From Callorhinchus milii (Eukaryota): DNA of 64,000 bases. Below the pieces are notes generated by a model, which saw only the letters and a list, made by a program, of their open reading frames with translations, did no database searches and was not told where the DNA came from. Positions 11,906 through 23,900 of this stretch are shown in pieces. The translations under genes and the position numbers were made by a program. Each line of letters opens with the position of its first letter. The first letter of the stretch is position 1. The DNA is taken from the NCBI RefSeq assembly GCF_018977255.1, contig NW_024704746.1, positions 28,148,001-28,212,000 of the forward strand, given 5' to 3'.

Positions 11906-12509
11906 TTATGTTGTCGTGTAGGACTGTGGAAACTTCTTGAATTCAGTTTTAATTTGCCACCTGTCTTTCCACAGTACTTAAAATTCAATTTTAGATTAAA
12001 TTTAAGCATTGTGCTGCATTAAATTTTAAGACAAGATGGTCTGATTGGCTAATACTAAATGGAATTTCAGCCTGTTTGTTGCACAAAATGAACGTTTAAT
12101 ATTAAAATGTTTCCATACATCGGTTGTTATGTGGCTACTTGTGTGTTATTTTTTTAGAAGCCTTTAAAGTGTACCAGCTCCACATATTTGTGGGCAAAAT
12201 GCCAAAGGAACACTTAGGCAGCAATTGTGTAATTATTCCTCTGTTTGACTACATACCTTTGTTGCAGCTGGAATCTGAACAAGTGTTGTAACACAACTCC
12301 CCCTCACCCTCTCCTTTGGTACATTATTTTTTTGCGGCTTTTTTTTTGGTCAATCTCTCTGTCCGCCCTCATTCTCTGCATGAGATCACATATTTTCCGA
12401 TTCTAGCCCAGTGCCGATGCTCGTGTCTTGCTGTCACTTGGAGCTCTACGAAAATAATAATCTGTAGTAATAAGTCCTTTATGTAAAATTTGAAGTCCTG
12501 TAGGAATTC

Positions 12510-12846
12510 GGAGTCCTGTGGCTCAGTGGTTAGAGCACTCGCTTTGCAAGTGAGAGACCTGAGTTCAATTCCAGGCAGAGGGCGAAACCTTGGGCAAGTT
12601 TCCTTACTCCACACAGAGCCTAATAATAATCCCTCCAAAACCAAAAACAATAATAAATTGGTCATTTTCAATCTACGACTGTTTGTGGGACATTGCTGTG
12701 CGCAATTGGCTGCCGCGTTCGCCCACAAATATACGGTCAATTCACTTTACAGTGTGTTCTGTGAAGCGCTTTGGGACGTCCTCCTGGCGTGAAAAGCGCT
12801 ATATCAAATGCAAGGATTATTATTATTATTATATTATTATTATTAT
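12510..12846 (+). mobile_element. Full-length young SINE, short subfamily
   Basis: Head GGAGTCCTGTGGCTCAGTGGTTAGAGCACTCGCTTTGCAAGTG (Ala-TGC-like loop), B box, core and (ATT)n tail; about 13 differences from 52463-52784 by manual count. Confidence 0.96.
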
Positions 12847-12849
12847 GAG

Positions 12850-13080
12850 GACGTTTTAAAGCGCTTTGCAGAATTTACTGTAATTTGTAGTGACTATATT
12901 TTTTAGGTGAACGCATCAGACAATTTGCGCACAGCAATGTCTCACAAACAGCCAATAAGTGAATGCCCAATTTTATCTGGATTACAGTCACTACAGAGAT
13001 TTTCCAAGGCAACAACAACAACTTGCACTTATATATATACAGCACCCTCCATGCGGGCGAGTGTCCCAGAGAGCTCAGAC
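12850..13080 (-). mobile_element. Degenerate SINE core followed by an L2 tail fragment
   Basis: AAAGCGCTTTGCAG...TTGCGCACAGCAATGTCTCACAAACAGC, then CAACAACAACTTGCACTTATAT. Confidence 0.7.
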
Positions 13081-14324
13081 ACTGTTACATCAGAAATATT
13101 TAAGACATGTTGATGCAAACAAATGTTACAGCATTGATACTTCTGTGAAATTCGATCCATAGGCTAAAATAGCTTGGGCCAAGAAGTTTTAGGGCAAGCT
13201 TTCAGTATAAACTACGGGAACTGGTGAAATATGATGTACATTACATGACTGCACCAATCAGCTAATTAGCAATGAAGTTACAAGTGAGTGAGTTAAATGG
13301 GTTTTCCACACAAGTGTGATAGGAATGGTTAGAGTAGTTCATTCAGTTCCATTAAGGACCTTCCATACATAGGATACCAGCAGCGCTCAAAATCCATAGC
13401 AGCATGGCAGCCCAAGGCTAGCGTATTATTAGTTAGACTATTACATTTCTCAAACTTTAAAACCCAGTCAGCTTTCAGGTTTAGCATATACAGATCATTA
13501 CTAGGCTAGTGAATATATGCTCTGATATTCACATGTTAATACATGCATAATATTTGTGCTTTCACACGGAGATTGGAGAGGACTTTCACTGACATTAGAA
13601 TGAAACACAACCTTGTGTATAGTGAGACCTGGGGTCATAATCCAGAAATCAAAGCCATATGGATGGATTAGTGGAGCTGTGTGTTTATACCCCAGGGCAA
13701 CTACACAGCAACCTTTTTTTTAAAAACAAAAAAATGTTTTAACATGCATACACGTGAGCTACAAGCATTGCCATGTGTATGGGCATCGGACCCGTGATTT
13801 TATGAGTCTGCACAGATGAGATTTTTTCTTAAAAAAAATGAAAGACTGAAACTGCTGTGTGAACAAATGGCAGGTGGTGCGCAGAGGTCATTGCAGGAGG
13901 TACAGAGATTCAAAGGTCAGTACAATGGAATTAAGGTCCCAGGTTTACTGCCAGTTCATCTGAAGCACAAATATGCTCATGTTCAAACTAGTAGTAGCAG
14001 GAGACCTCTGAAACTCTATAAATTGATAATGTAAAACAGACCAAATGTCAGACTCCATTTTTAACAATGAACAACTATTCCACCTTCAAAGAACGTAAAG
14101 TCTGCTGAAGTAATTATTGCCTTCTTTCATTCAAAGATGGTTTCTGTTCAGAACTACCGTCGGGGAGGGTTGAGTTAGCTCCTATTTGACCTCTAAACAG
14201 GAGCCGTGAGTAAAATAATGCTCTTCCACCAGCTACTAATGCGTGGCCTTCTCAATTTAAATAGCTATAATCCTACAGCAACATAAATTCAGTCTAGTAC
14301 TATCTGCGTTGGTTCATTATGTAA

Positions 14325-14475
14325 AGCAGCAACAACAACTTGCATTTATGTTGGCACCCTTCACACTGGGCAACTCCTCGGAATGCCTTACATTGGCAGA
14401 GCCTGACTCCGAGCCAGGGGTTAGAGGAGGTGACCGTAACCATGATCGAAGAGAAAGGTCTTCCTTTTCGACATA
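14325..14475 (-). mobile_element. L2 LINE 3' fragment
   Basis: CAACAACAACTTGCATTTATGTTGGCACCCTTCAC...CATGATCGAAGAGAAAGGTCTT. Confidence 0.7.
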
Positions 14476-14962
14476 CAGGCAGACATATTGTGCTTTCTGA
14501 AATGCAACAGGGCTCTAACATTCTACCAGCAGTTATTCTAATGTAAAATGTATTTGCTTTAGCCACTTTTAAATTCCTACCTTTGTAATAATCTAGGATG
14601 CATTTCTGATTTATTGATGATTTATCGATAGTTCTAATGGAACAGAAAGAGGATTATAGTTTTTTTCTTAATTCCATATCAATACTCGTCAATTAATAAG
14701 TATTGGAATCATCGTCATTTTGTTTATATATATGCAGCTATTTCCTGCTATTTTAATATCTTGACTAATGATTATTAGAAAACCTCATAATGAGATTTCA
14801 TACATATTTCATTGCCCATAATACAGTAAAGCAGCTAATCCAGTGTTTGAAGATATCCCCTCGCGAGTTACTTTGGGAGCTCGCCTTTGCTAGAGTGGAA
14901 TAAACAGTAAAGGGTTTGAGAACTCGATACATATATTTTCTAGTCACAGTGCTCACGGTTAG

Positions 14963-15557
14963 CTCTTGAGGATAACAATACTTTGAGTATTGAACATCCA
15001 GTAACTTCCAGCGGTCATCCAAGCTAACAAAGAGAGACAGTGCTCTGCAGTATAGTATGTACGTTGCGTTCAACTGAATATCTATACCTATTTTTTTAAA
15101 TACTAATTCAACTAAGGAATACAGGGTGACCAAAAAGTCATGATAACTACCCTATAATCTAAAACAAATCATAATTTCTTTATGACTTCTTAGACATTGT
15201 AATGGTATCTTGACGTTTTGGTTATCCTGTATTTGGAACATATAAGAAAGTAAGATGAGAAAAGTTAATTCCCTCCACAGACAATTCAAGATTTAAGATG
15301 GAATGGATTCTACTCAGTCTCCTCAGGGAACCAGGTAAAATGAATAGAAAGTTTCTGAAATGTTTCTCAACCTCAATAAGCTAAATTCTGGGATATTAAT
15401 CTAACCTTGCAGCTCACACTATTTAACACTGATTCCTACTAGTCGCAGGAGTATAGGAAGCATCAAGCTCCACAGAGGATTTTATCACCTACAACCAGCA
15501 TTATTTTTCTTAACAACTGCACCAATATCTCTTGAGGATAACAATACTTTGAGTATT
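14963..15557 (+). repeat. 29-bp exact direct repeat flanking 537 bp
   Basis: CTCTTGAGGATAACAATACTTTGAGTATT occurs at 14963-14991 and 15529-15557. Confidence 0.95.
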
Positions 15558-15595
15558 ATCAATATCACCATAGTGACATTATCTAATGACACCTT

Positions 15596-15670
15596 AGGAA
15601 CAGGTGTCGGCCATTCAACTTACTGAGCCCGTTCTGCCATTTCATTAGATCAGGGCAGATCTTTTAGCTT
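15596..15670 (-). mobile_element. CR1-type 3' UTR fragment
   Basis: TAGGAACAGGTGTCGGCCATTCAAC is the reverse of the tail at 33790-33840; a similar piece lies at 56420-56490. Confidence 0.7.
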
Positions 15671-16792
15671 CAGCAAAATGCAGGTAAAATGTGTGACAAA
15701 GTCAAAATTGACTGAGGTGACTTTACAATTATTATTTTACCCCTAATAACTATCCACAAATCTTTTCGCATATTTGCCATTCCAACGCATAAAATCTTAT
15801 TTGCATGTTAATTATGCATTGCAGATCAAAGTTGTGCAACTGTTCACTTTGTATTCCTCATGTATGACATTGTTTTGTTCCTGTTAGCATTTTGAGATGG
15901 AATAAAGTGATCAATCTCTTTAGAGACAATAAGTCAGCTTTACAGAAAACATGTCACAAACAGTATCGCCAGAATTATGTTATTGCAAGAGCTAAATGAC
16001 TTAAATGGAGGTACTTAGAGAATTGCAGCTGAATGCATTCTATATCGAGAGTCAGTTTGATATAAACACTGCACAATTAATATTGCATGCAGTTTCTGTT
16101 TATATTGCTTTTCAATCGAATCATGGTTCTGTTAAATTTTAGGTGGCATAGATTTTGTTGCATAATACTGTGTACATTTTAATGGTAAAACAGACAATGT
16201 GAAACAACATTCATAATTTTTATAAGATTTCCAAAAATGGAAAAGAAGTTGTCAATTATTGATGTCAGTGATTGGCAGCTTTATTTTGCTCTTTATGATT
16301 TTGATTATCTTCGGGTCTTCCAATTGGTGGAATCATTGCTCATTGGGTAGGGATGTGTGTCAAAGTTGTTGGCAAGAGAATAAATACAATAATGTTAAAG
16401 TTACTTTCATTTGGTGTAGTGCCTGTAACAGAAAAAAATCTCAAAGCACCTCACAAATGGTTCTATTTTTTGAGTAGTGACTGTTTATTTGGTGGCGAAC
16501 ATGGCAGTCAACTTGCACGCAGCAAATGTCACTCAAACATCCATGAAATGAATGATTTTTTAAAAAAAATCTGGGCAGGATGCAGGGAGAAACTTTCCTC
16601 CCTTTTCTGTGATATTTCCTCTAATTCCCTGTCTCACCCAAATGAATCTACGCTGCATCCTCTCAATGGAACTGATATGTTTTCTCTAACGAGCCACTAA
16701 TAGCTACATTCAGCTTTCCAGCCGCAAGATTTTGTACAGATTCAATATAACTGGCTTGCATTCACACTCCTATATACAAATCGCAGTATCCC

Positions 16793-16895
16793 ATGTTGCC
16801 CACAAAGCATACAGTCAATTCATTTTACAGTATATTCTGTGAAGCACTTTGAGACATGTCGAAGATGTGATAAGGAGCTATATCAAATGCAAGCA
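16793..16895 (+). mobile_element. SINE tail fragment
   Basis: GCCCACAAAGCATACAGTCAATTC...CTATATCAAATGCAAG. Confidence 0.88.
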
Positions 16896-17005
16896 TTTTG
16901 TGTTATCATTCATGTTTTTTTTTGGACCTGTTAAACGGCTTTTAAAAATCTGTGCTTCTTCATTCTCCAATCCTTCTGTTCCTCCTTGGTGAACTTTACC
17001 ATTTA

Positions 17006-17222
17006 ATAATAATATAATAATAATCTTTGCATTTGATATAGCGCTCCTTTCACGTCTTCTAGACGTCCCAAAGCACTTCACAGAATATACTGTAATGTGA
17101 ATTGACTGTATATTTGTGGGCGAATGCGGCAGTCAATTGCGCACAGCAATGTCCCACAAACAGTCGTGGATTGAAAATGACCAATTTATTATTGTTTTTT
17201 TTTGGAGGGATTATTATTAGGC
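17006..17222 (-). mobile_element. SINE, short subfamily, 5'-truncated
   Basis: Tail and core with the short-form junction GGAGGGATTATTATTAGGC. Confidence 0.92.
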
Positions 17223-17704
17223 GTTAAGGTATTTTTCCATACATGTTTCTTTTTTCAAAACTGTGCTAAAGCCAGATTTTTCTATGTTGAAGTTCAAAAA
17301 AAAAACCATCATGAGCCTTATATTTAATTACCCTACAAACCAGTTTAACTTCTCTGACATTCTTCTTCACGATTTGTGAAGCCTTTAATTTGTTAACATC
17401 TGCAAATGTTTCGAGATGATTCCCCCATGCTCCAATGTCCAAATCATTTATTTATGTGAACGAGAGAAGCCTAGCACAGACCACTGGGCATTGTTAATTA
17501 TAATTCCAGTTTAAAGAATAGCTTAGATATTTTGTTACCAGTGCTGTCCCGTCGTTTAAAGTTTTTTGGGAGAAATAATACAACTTAATAACGTATTGCG
17601 CAGTTTGTACAGCCTCAGTAAGTGGAATGCATCCTAACTATACATAGGTCTGAACATGCAGTGTCCTCTGTTCATATCGTAAAGTGATTTACCAAATTAT
17701 TTAA

Positions 17705-17890
17705 TTATGATAATAATCTTTGCATTTGATATAGCGCCTTATCATACTGTTGAGACATCTCAAAGCGCTTCACAGCATATACTGTAAAGTGTATTTTGTG
17801 GGCAAAACGTGGCAGCCAATTGCACACAGCAGTGTCCCACAACCAGCAAATGAAGTGAGTGACCAAATTTATTTTTTTTGAAGGGATTTA
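17705..17890 (-). mobile_element. SINE, 5'-truncated
   Basis: ATAATAATCTTTGCATTTGATATAGCGCC...CACAGCAGTGTCCCACA. Confidence 0.9.
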
Positions 17891-18164
17891 ACATAAATAT
17901 AAGATTTATTTTGTAAAACTTTGCAAAATAAGTGTAACATTTAACATGTAACATTTTGTAAAATAAATGTAGTATTTATTTTCGACATTTTGTATCAATG
18001 TTAAAAATAAAATGAAAACCTGGTTGGTTTAAGTTTGGGGAGGTTGACTCCAATTTAGCGGTATATTCTCAGAATGTATCATTGGCAAATTATGCCTTCG
18101 TGTACCTCTGTAAATTACACGTTTCCCCTCAACATGTGTTGAATGAGCCATTTAAAATTGTATT

Positions 18165-18522
18165 TATAATAACCTTTGCATCTGATGTATTTTGAAGGTA
18201 AAGTAGGGAGCTAACTTATGCACAACCATGTTCCAGCTTGAGTGAATAACCAATTTTAACTAGGTGATTGTTTGCCACAACACTGGGAGAAATTCCCTTT
18301 TCTTTTCCAGTCGTGGGGTATTTAATGTCCATCTGAACAGGCAGACGGGACTTTGCTTTAACGCCTCATAGAGAGACGAAGGACAGAACCTCCAACAACA
18401 AAGCACTCCCCAGCATTGCATTGAAGTGTCAGCTTAGACTGTGAACTCAAAGTCCTGACATGAGGCTTGAACCCACAACCTTCTGATTCACAGGCAAGAG
18501 TGCAACCGTCTGAGCCAGACTG
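18165..18522 (-). mobile_element. Old DeuSINE (SacSINE1-like) with head
   Basis: CCATCTGAACAGGCAGACGGG...GCACTCCCCAGCATTGCATTGAAGTGTCAGC...TTGAACCCACAACCTTCTGATTCA...TGAGCCA. Confidence 0.8.
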
Positions 18523-18725
18523 ATATCACTGAGCCTCATAACATTTTTATTTGACTTATAAATAGTGATTGTGGAAAGATTTGCATTGCATTTACTGATT
18601 AATGTCCGAAAGCCTATTTATTTGACTTTGATGTACAAATGTGCTTCAGGATGTGAAGCACTCAGTGACTCGTGAAAACTGGTCATTTAGTGATCTCAAA
18701 CTCTTACTTTTTGAGCCAGAAATTT

Positions 18726-18796
18726 GGGGCATTTTCTTGGCTGAAAGCAGCACAAAAGCTAAACCCCACTGCAACTTTCAGTTTTGAAAATGCCGC
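18726..18796. mobile_element. Short foldback (MITE-like relic)
   Basis: Left arm GGGGCATTTTCttggCTGAAAGcaGCA versus reverse-complemented right arm GCGGCATTTTCaaaaCTGAAAGttGCA. Confidence 0.45.
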
Positions 18797-19169
18797 ACTT
18801 TAAACCCCTTTGAGAGAGTGAGAGAGATAAAGACAAAGACACCGTGGGACAGAGAAGGTACTACTATTATTATAGAAGGTAATTTCAAAGAAGCAGAAAA
18901 AGGAAGATGCAAAAACACAGAGGGAGAATAAAGCAATGCACAGAGACAAAGAGAGATCGTACATAGAGGAGAACAAATGGAGAGAATGAATACAAACTGA
19001 AAGAGGTCACAGCACTTTGGTGTATTTTTCTATGGAATGCTAGGTTGCGGATTCTTATCTATCATCTTCTACACTATATTCACAATCTTGACCCAGACTC
19101 TCAGAGGAAGACAGCATGAAGAGGTGAGGTACTTTCCCTTGAAGAGCTGAATAAAATTCCTCATTACAT

Positions 19170-19233
19170 TATGAAGCGCTTTGAGACGTCTCAACGACAT
19201 GACTATACTAAATGCAAGGATTATTATTATTAT
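19170..19233 (+). mobile_element. SINE/L2 tail fragment
   Basis: TGAAGCGCTTTGAGACGTCTCAACGACATGA...AAATGCAAGGATTATTATT. Confidence 0.88.
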
Positions 19234-20234
19234 TACATTACCGAAGTTTTTGGAATACAGTGGTTGCTGACAGCAAAGGAACAGACATCAACTGTGATGT
19301 TCAAAATTGCCCATTAAGGTAAAGTAACTTCCATTTCCATTTCAGTTCATGTACAACAGACACGTCTCATTGTAGCGCATTCTGTGAAAGATCAGCGCAC
19401 AGGATTAGAAACAAAGGTGTTTTTTTAAAAAAGGGAGGACATAACAATAACAGCTACTCAACAACACAACACGGCAACAAGATAAGTGCTGTGAAACCAT
19501 TAGCTCCACAGGTCTGTAGGACAATAGTACAGACACAGAAAGAACATGCCTTTCATCATGTCTGGAAGAAACAAATGGATTATTGCACTACTGGAATGAA
19601 CTCGAGCCTTTTTAGGTTTATTTCATCTTGAAAAACATCTGGCTATCCAGTGCTCTTTAGCAGAGATATAAAAGGACTTGCCGATTGCTGTGTGCTGAGG
19701 GACATTCAGTTTAGCTCAAACCATGAAACCGTCAGCTTATAAACGCGGAAATTACTATGAAAGCTCTCACCAGCAAACTCACAACAGTAGAGAAAAAATA
19801 ATAAATCTGTTCCCTACATGCAGGGGACTATTCAGTTGCGTCTCCTGATGAAGGAAACTTAACAGCTTTTCATTTTGGTAAATAATTGCTTCTCCTTGGC
19901 CTTCTTTCATTTCACACGAGTGGATAGTCCAAGCACTTAGAAAGCAGATTTATTAATCCTGCACCTAAGAGTGTACTGCAATAGCGATTGTGGTTAAACT
20001 CTCCATTACTAAAATGCTGGTGATAAGGTTTCATAAGAGACTCATTTTTATCTCCTTTTTTTTGTTGTAGCATCTGTGCTCCATAGTACCTCTTCATTTT
20101 GTCCAGTTAAAACTTTCATTAATCTTTCACTTAAGCTACAATACTTGCCAAAGCAAATGAATTAAAAAAGCTCACATACTAATAGTTCTACAGCAAGTGA
20201 CGCAGATAATAAGCTGAGATATTCATTTATAAAC

Positions 20235-20482
20235 TCAGCCTCTCTGCCCCTACCCTTAGGAACTCCATCCCACAATCCCTTTGCCTCGTTCTCTGTCTTA
20301 CCTCCTTCAAGGCACGTTTCAAGAACCTCCTCTTCGACCGTGCCTTCAATCACCCTCCTACTCCCACCCCTACCCTCCACCCATCCTGATCCCAGTCCCT
20401 GCTCGGGTCCAAATCCTTGACTGTCCAGCACCTCGGGACATCCTACCGATGTGAAAGGCGCTATATAAATTTAATTTGTTAC
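20235..20482 (+). mobile_element. L2 LINE 3' end
   Basis: CCTCCTTCAAGGCACGTTTCAAGAACCTCCTCTTCGACCGTGCCTTC (SFKARFKNLLFDRAF, L2 ORF2 end) and tail GTGAAAGGCGCTATATAAAT. Confidence 0.88.
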
Positions 20483-20686
20483 TGTTGGAAACAGATGTAG
20501 TTACCTCAGCTTTGAGCAGTTTATTCCTAAAATTGTTGCATTAATGGTTTCACCGGGCAATGTATTGAAGTTTACAAATACCTGCAATTTTGAATGAAAT
20601 CAACTTTTACTAAAGGCTTATGTTTAATTCAATTACAATTGCCCTCATTTTTAAAGCATACTAATGCTCCTAATGATAAAAATGAA

Positions 20687-20880
20687 ATAATAATCCTTAC
20701 ATTCGATGTAGCTCCTTTCACATCAGGAGGGTGTCTCAAGACACTTCGCAGGATATAATGTAAACTGGAGTGACTGTACTTTGTGGGCATAAATGGCAAC
20801 ACAAGCAATGTCCCACAACAAGCCGTGAAGTGGATGACCAATTTTATTGGGGGGTTGTTGCCTGGGAGAAACAGTCCTTT
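20687..20880 (-). mobile_element. Degenerate SINE, 5'-truncated
   Basis: ATAATAATCCTTACATTCGATGTAGC...GCAATGTCCCACAAC. Confidence 0.8.
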
Positions 20881-21899
20881 TCAATGCTGATACGCAGATA
20901 TTTTCATCATAACATTTCTACTTTACACACTAAACCATTTGCTTTGTAACACACTATCTGCTAACACGTCAACAGAACTGAACTGAATTAAGACTACAAC
21001 TCCAGAGTAATGTTTTTCAATAATGCTTCATCAATACAGCTAGAAGCTGCTGTGTATAAAACCATCACTGTTCAGACTCTACAAATGGAGTGCTATGGTG
21101 TTTGGTTGCTCTTGTCAGACGGCCTTTCTCAATGCTTACAAAGCTATAATTCTCGGGAGAGTTTCATCTAAGTATTTTGACCTGTCAAAATTTACCTCAG
21201 GAGAAGTTTTTGGTAGAACTTCCAAAGCCTCTTTGCTCCAATAATTGACAACTGACTAACTCCATAATAAAAACATTAGAGAAAGTCAAGATTCACATAA
21301 TGAAAGGCCACTTTGAGGGCTCCATTTTTTCAATTATTTTCCTCACCCTATCGTTGTTATACTCTCACTAATATTATCTGCACATATTTCTACAGATCAA
21401 ACATGATGTTGGCAATTACATATTCCCCAGACAATGCAGTTTAAGATTATTCTGGAAGCTAGTTTGATTCAGAGAAAACACAAGAAAGTACAGAATGAGA
21501 AAAGGTGACTTAACCTTTTTTCCCTCTTTCCAAACCATATTATTTCATGCATTCCATCTAACCACTCTATCTCCTGAAGGAAAATTCGGCAATGAAAAAT
21601 CCTTAGTCTGCAAAAAAACTACAAAATATTCATTCATTCATTCTCATCTCTCCGTTATTTGATCTGCTTCCCCTCACAGACAACATTTTTCATCTCCAAC
21701 CACACTAAATCCACCTTATCCCTTGGAGAACTTGCTCATCTCACTTCCTTCAATATTATTGTATTGTTTTTTGGGGAGGAGTTAATCAACACAGTTTATC
21801 AGCTGTTTTGCAGTGTGTCTATTCCACATATCTACTGCTCTTCAAGGAAAGAAAATCTTGCTAATCTCAAATAATCTCCTTATAGTTGTATCATCTGTA

Positions 21900-22345
21900 C
21901 ATCGAGGCATTCTAAAGAAACCTGGATCACGTCCCCTATCTCCTTTTCTCCCCAAAAAACAAATCCATCTCTGTCAGCCTCTTCTCATTACCTACAGCCC
22001 CAAATCCCAGAATCATCCTTGTTAATATCCTCTGAACTTTCTCCAATATATAAATCCTCTTTGAAGTTGGGGAGCCAAACGGCACACAAGATCAGGGTAA
22101 TTTGTTTTGATTTATAGTCAACGGCTCTTCATATACAATCAAGAATCAGATTATCTTTAATGACTGTAACTTTCCATTGATTGGAAACCTTCAGTGAATG
22201 ATCAACAACTACAATGAAATGCTTCAACCTCTTCACTTTCACTAATGGGCACCCGCCTATCGTATACAAATATTTAGTGTTTCTGTTTCCAATTTGCATT
22301 ACTGCACATTTATCTACATTAAAATGCATCAAGGTTGCCATTTTC
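21900..22345 (-). mobile_element. CR1 ORF2 fragment
   Basis: ORF 22129-22371 gives MHFNVDKCAVMQIGNRN...VVVDHSLKVSNQ, typical of the CR1 post-RT region (MQFNVDKCKVMHFG...LGVxVDxSLK). Confidence 0.9.
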
Positions 22346-22470
22346 ACCTTTATGACTATCGTTTTGAGCATTATCAGTTATTGCTTGCTTATCATTATAC
22401 CATCTGGTGAATATATATATATAATAGTGATGTATAGCTACTGTCTATTTTGTGGGCCAAAGTATTACTA

Positions 22471-22503
22471 CTCCCCCTCCCCCGCCCCCCTCCCCCGCCC
22501 CGC
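22471..22503 (-). other. G-quadruplex-capable tract
   Basis: Five C-runs of 4-6 nt separated by single bases on the plus strand. Confidence 0.6.
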
Positions 22504-23399
22504 AAATCAGTCATAGCTCTTTAGGCATTTTGTATGGAAAACATATGAAGTTTCAGGATTCATCAGTTCCAAAGGTAATGCATTCAGACAAGGAATTACA
22601 GTGTGATGCAAATGGAGAATTGGACTGTGCGCTACACAAAGCACCCACTAGAGGTGCATCTCCCCTGCACAATGAACCAAATTACTGTACATTCAATCAA
22701 ATAAATTGGGCATTCGTTTCCCTGAAATCAGTGGCTTTTTTTTTTTTGCTCTTCCCCATTGTTATGTTTATATATCCAAACCTAAATTATACTCCTCTAT
22801 TCTTGCCAACGTTAAAGCCAAATTGAGCCAATTCCGAGATGATAAAAGTGCTTTGGATTTCCTGTTGTACATTTCAATATAAATGCAAATTGTGGGGAGC
22901 AGGGGTTTTACTGAGAAATAAGCCACCAAGGCACATTGAAAGTGGGCAACACGAGTCCAAGGGATAAGTAGCTTATTTACTTACTGATTTTGTTTTCCCT
23001 TTTTCTTACTTTTTTGTATAAACCACTCCACACAAATCATTTTTGTGGATTTATATCAGTGTGGTTTCCGGACATGTTGAATGGGGAGTATAAAGACTCT
23101 TTTGTTTGAACTCTACACAGAATATGCATCATAAGCACACCACTGCAACAGTCATTTGCACAGTCACCCAAAATAGTTTGCTGGCAACAAGGAATAAATT
23201 CCACCTGGGAATTGATTTACCCTATTTAATATTTCAGAGCATCCAGAGTTTTGGAAATTCATAAGAAAGAGCCATAATTGTGAAGCTGTTTTTTTCTAAA
23301 AGTTATTTTAAGAACTACAGATAAACAACTTCAGATTTGAGACTGAATTCAACAATTTGTTAAAACCTGGAGGCACTAAAATGGTACATAAATAGAGCA

Positions 23400-23900
23400 A
23401 ATTTGGACCCAGGCAGAATTTATCCCCATAAATGAATATATGATTTCAACAATTGATTTAACTGGATTAAAAAGAAATCTGTCGCCTATAAACTGTTGCA
23501 TATTAATGGAATTTACCGTTATTGAATGTGGTATATTTTATGGAAGAAACATAGGAAACCAGGGTGTATTGAGTAGGAAGGAGATTGATTTAATCATAGA
23601 GGGCATGCAAAGGCTATTTGCAATCTTTGGGATCATTTCAAGCATGGGATGAGGTTTCTGAGTAGTTGAACATTTCAAGAAGACTGCCAAGGAGAAGATC
23701 ACACTTAGCCAATGTTCACACAGCATTATTAGAAAACATCCACTCAACATTGATACCTATTGAGAGATTGTTAGACCTGTTTTCCACAGAGAGTTTGTGT
23801 GGAAACACAATATCTGATGTGCTTTATCGGCTCAGCACTATACTTAAGTGTGTAGGTATGACAATATATAAGTGTGCTTCACAGGATGATATTTAGGGCT
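23400..23900 (+). mobile_element. Highly decayed CR1 ORF2 fragment
   Basis: IEGMQRLF resembles LExVQRRF; TTTTCCACAGAGAGTTTGTGTGGAAAC resembles FxQRVVxxWN. Confidence 0.5.

Noticed and set aside
12510-12585. tRNA-Ala gene (also at 26905, 48793 and 52710)
   Set aside because: No acceptor-stem closure, and each head continues into SINE sequence.
12510-12846. A-to-G excess suggesting an ADAR-edited retrocopy
   Set aside because: Only about five sites, and some are shared with other copies (TATACGGTC also in the 1-284 copy), so ordinary variation suffices.
12369-12859. Duplicated 90-123 aa ORFs (also 52462-52833, 127-429 and 7885-8422)
   Set aside because: They are translations of SINE copies in several frames on both strands.
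19840-19865. Hammerhead ribozyme core CTGATGA..GAAA (also at 32952)
   Set aside because: No room for stem II and no supporting stems I and III.
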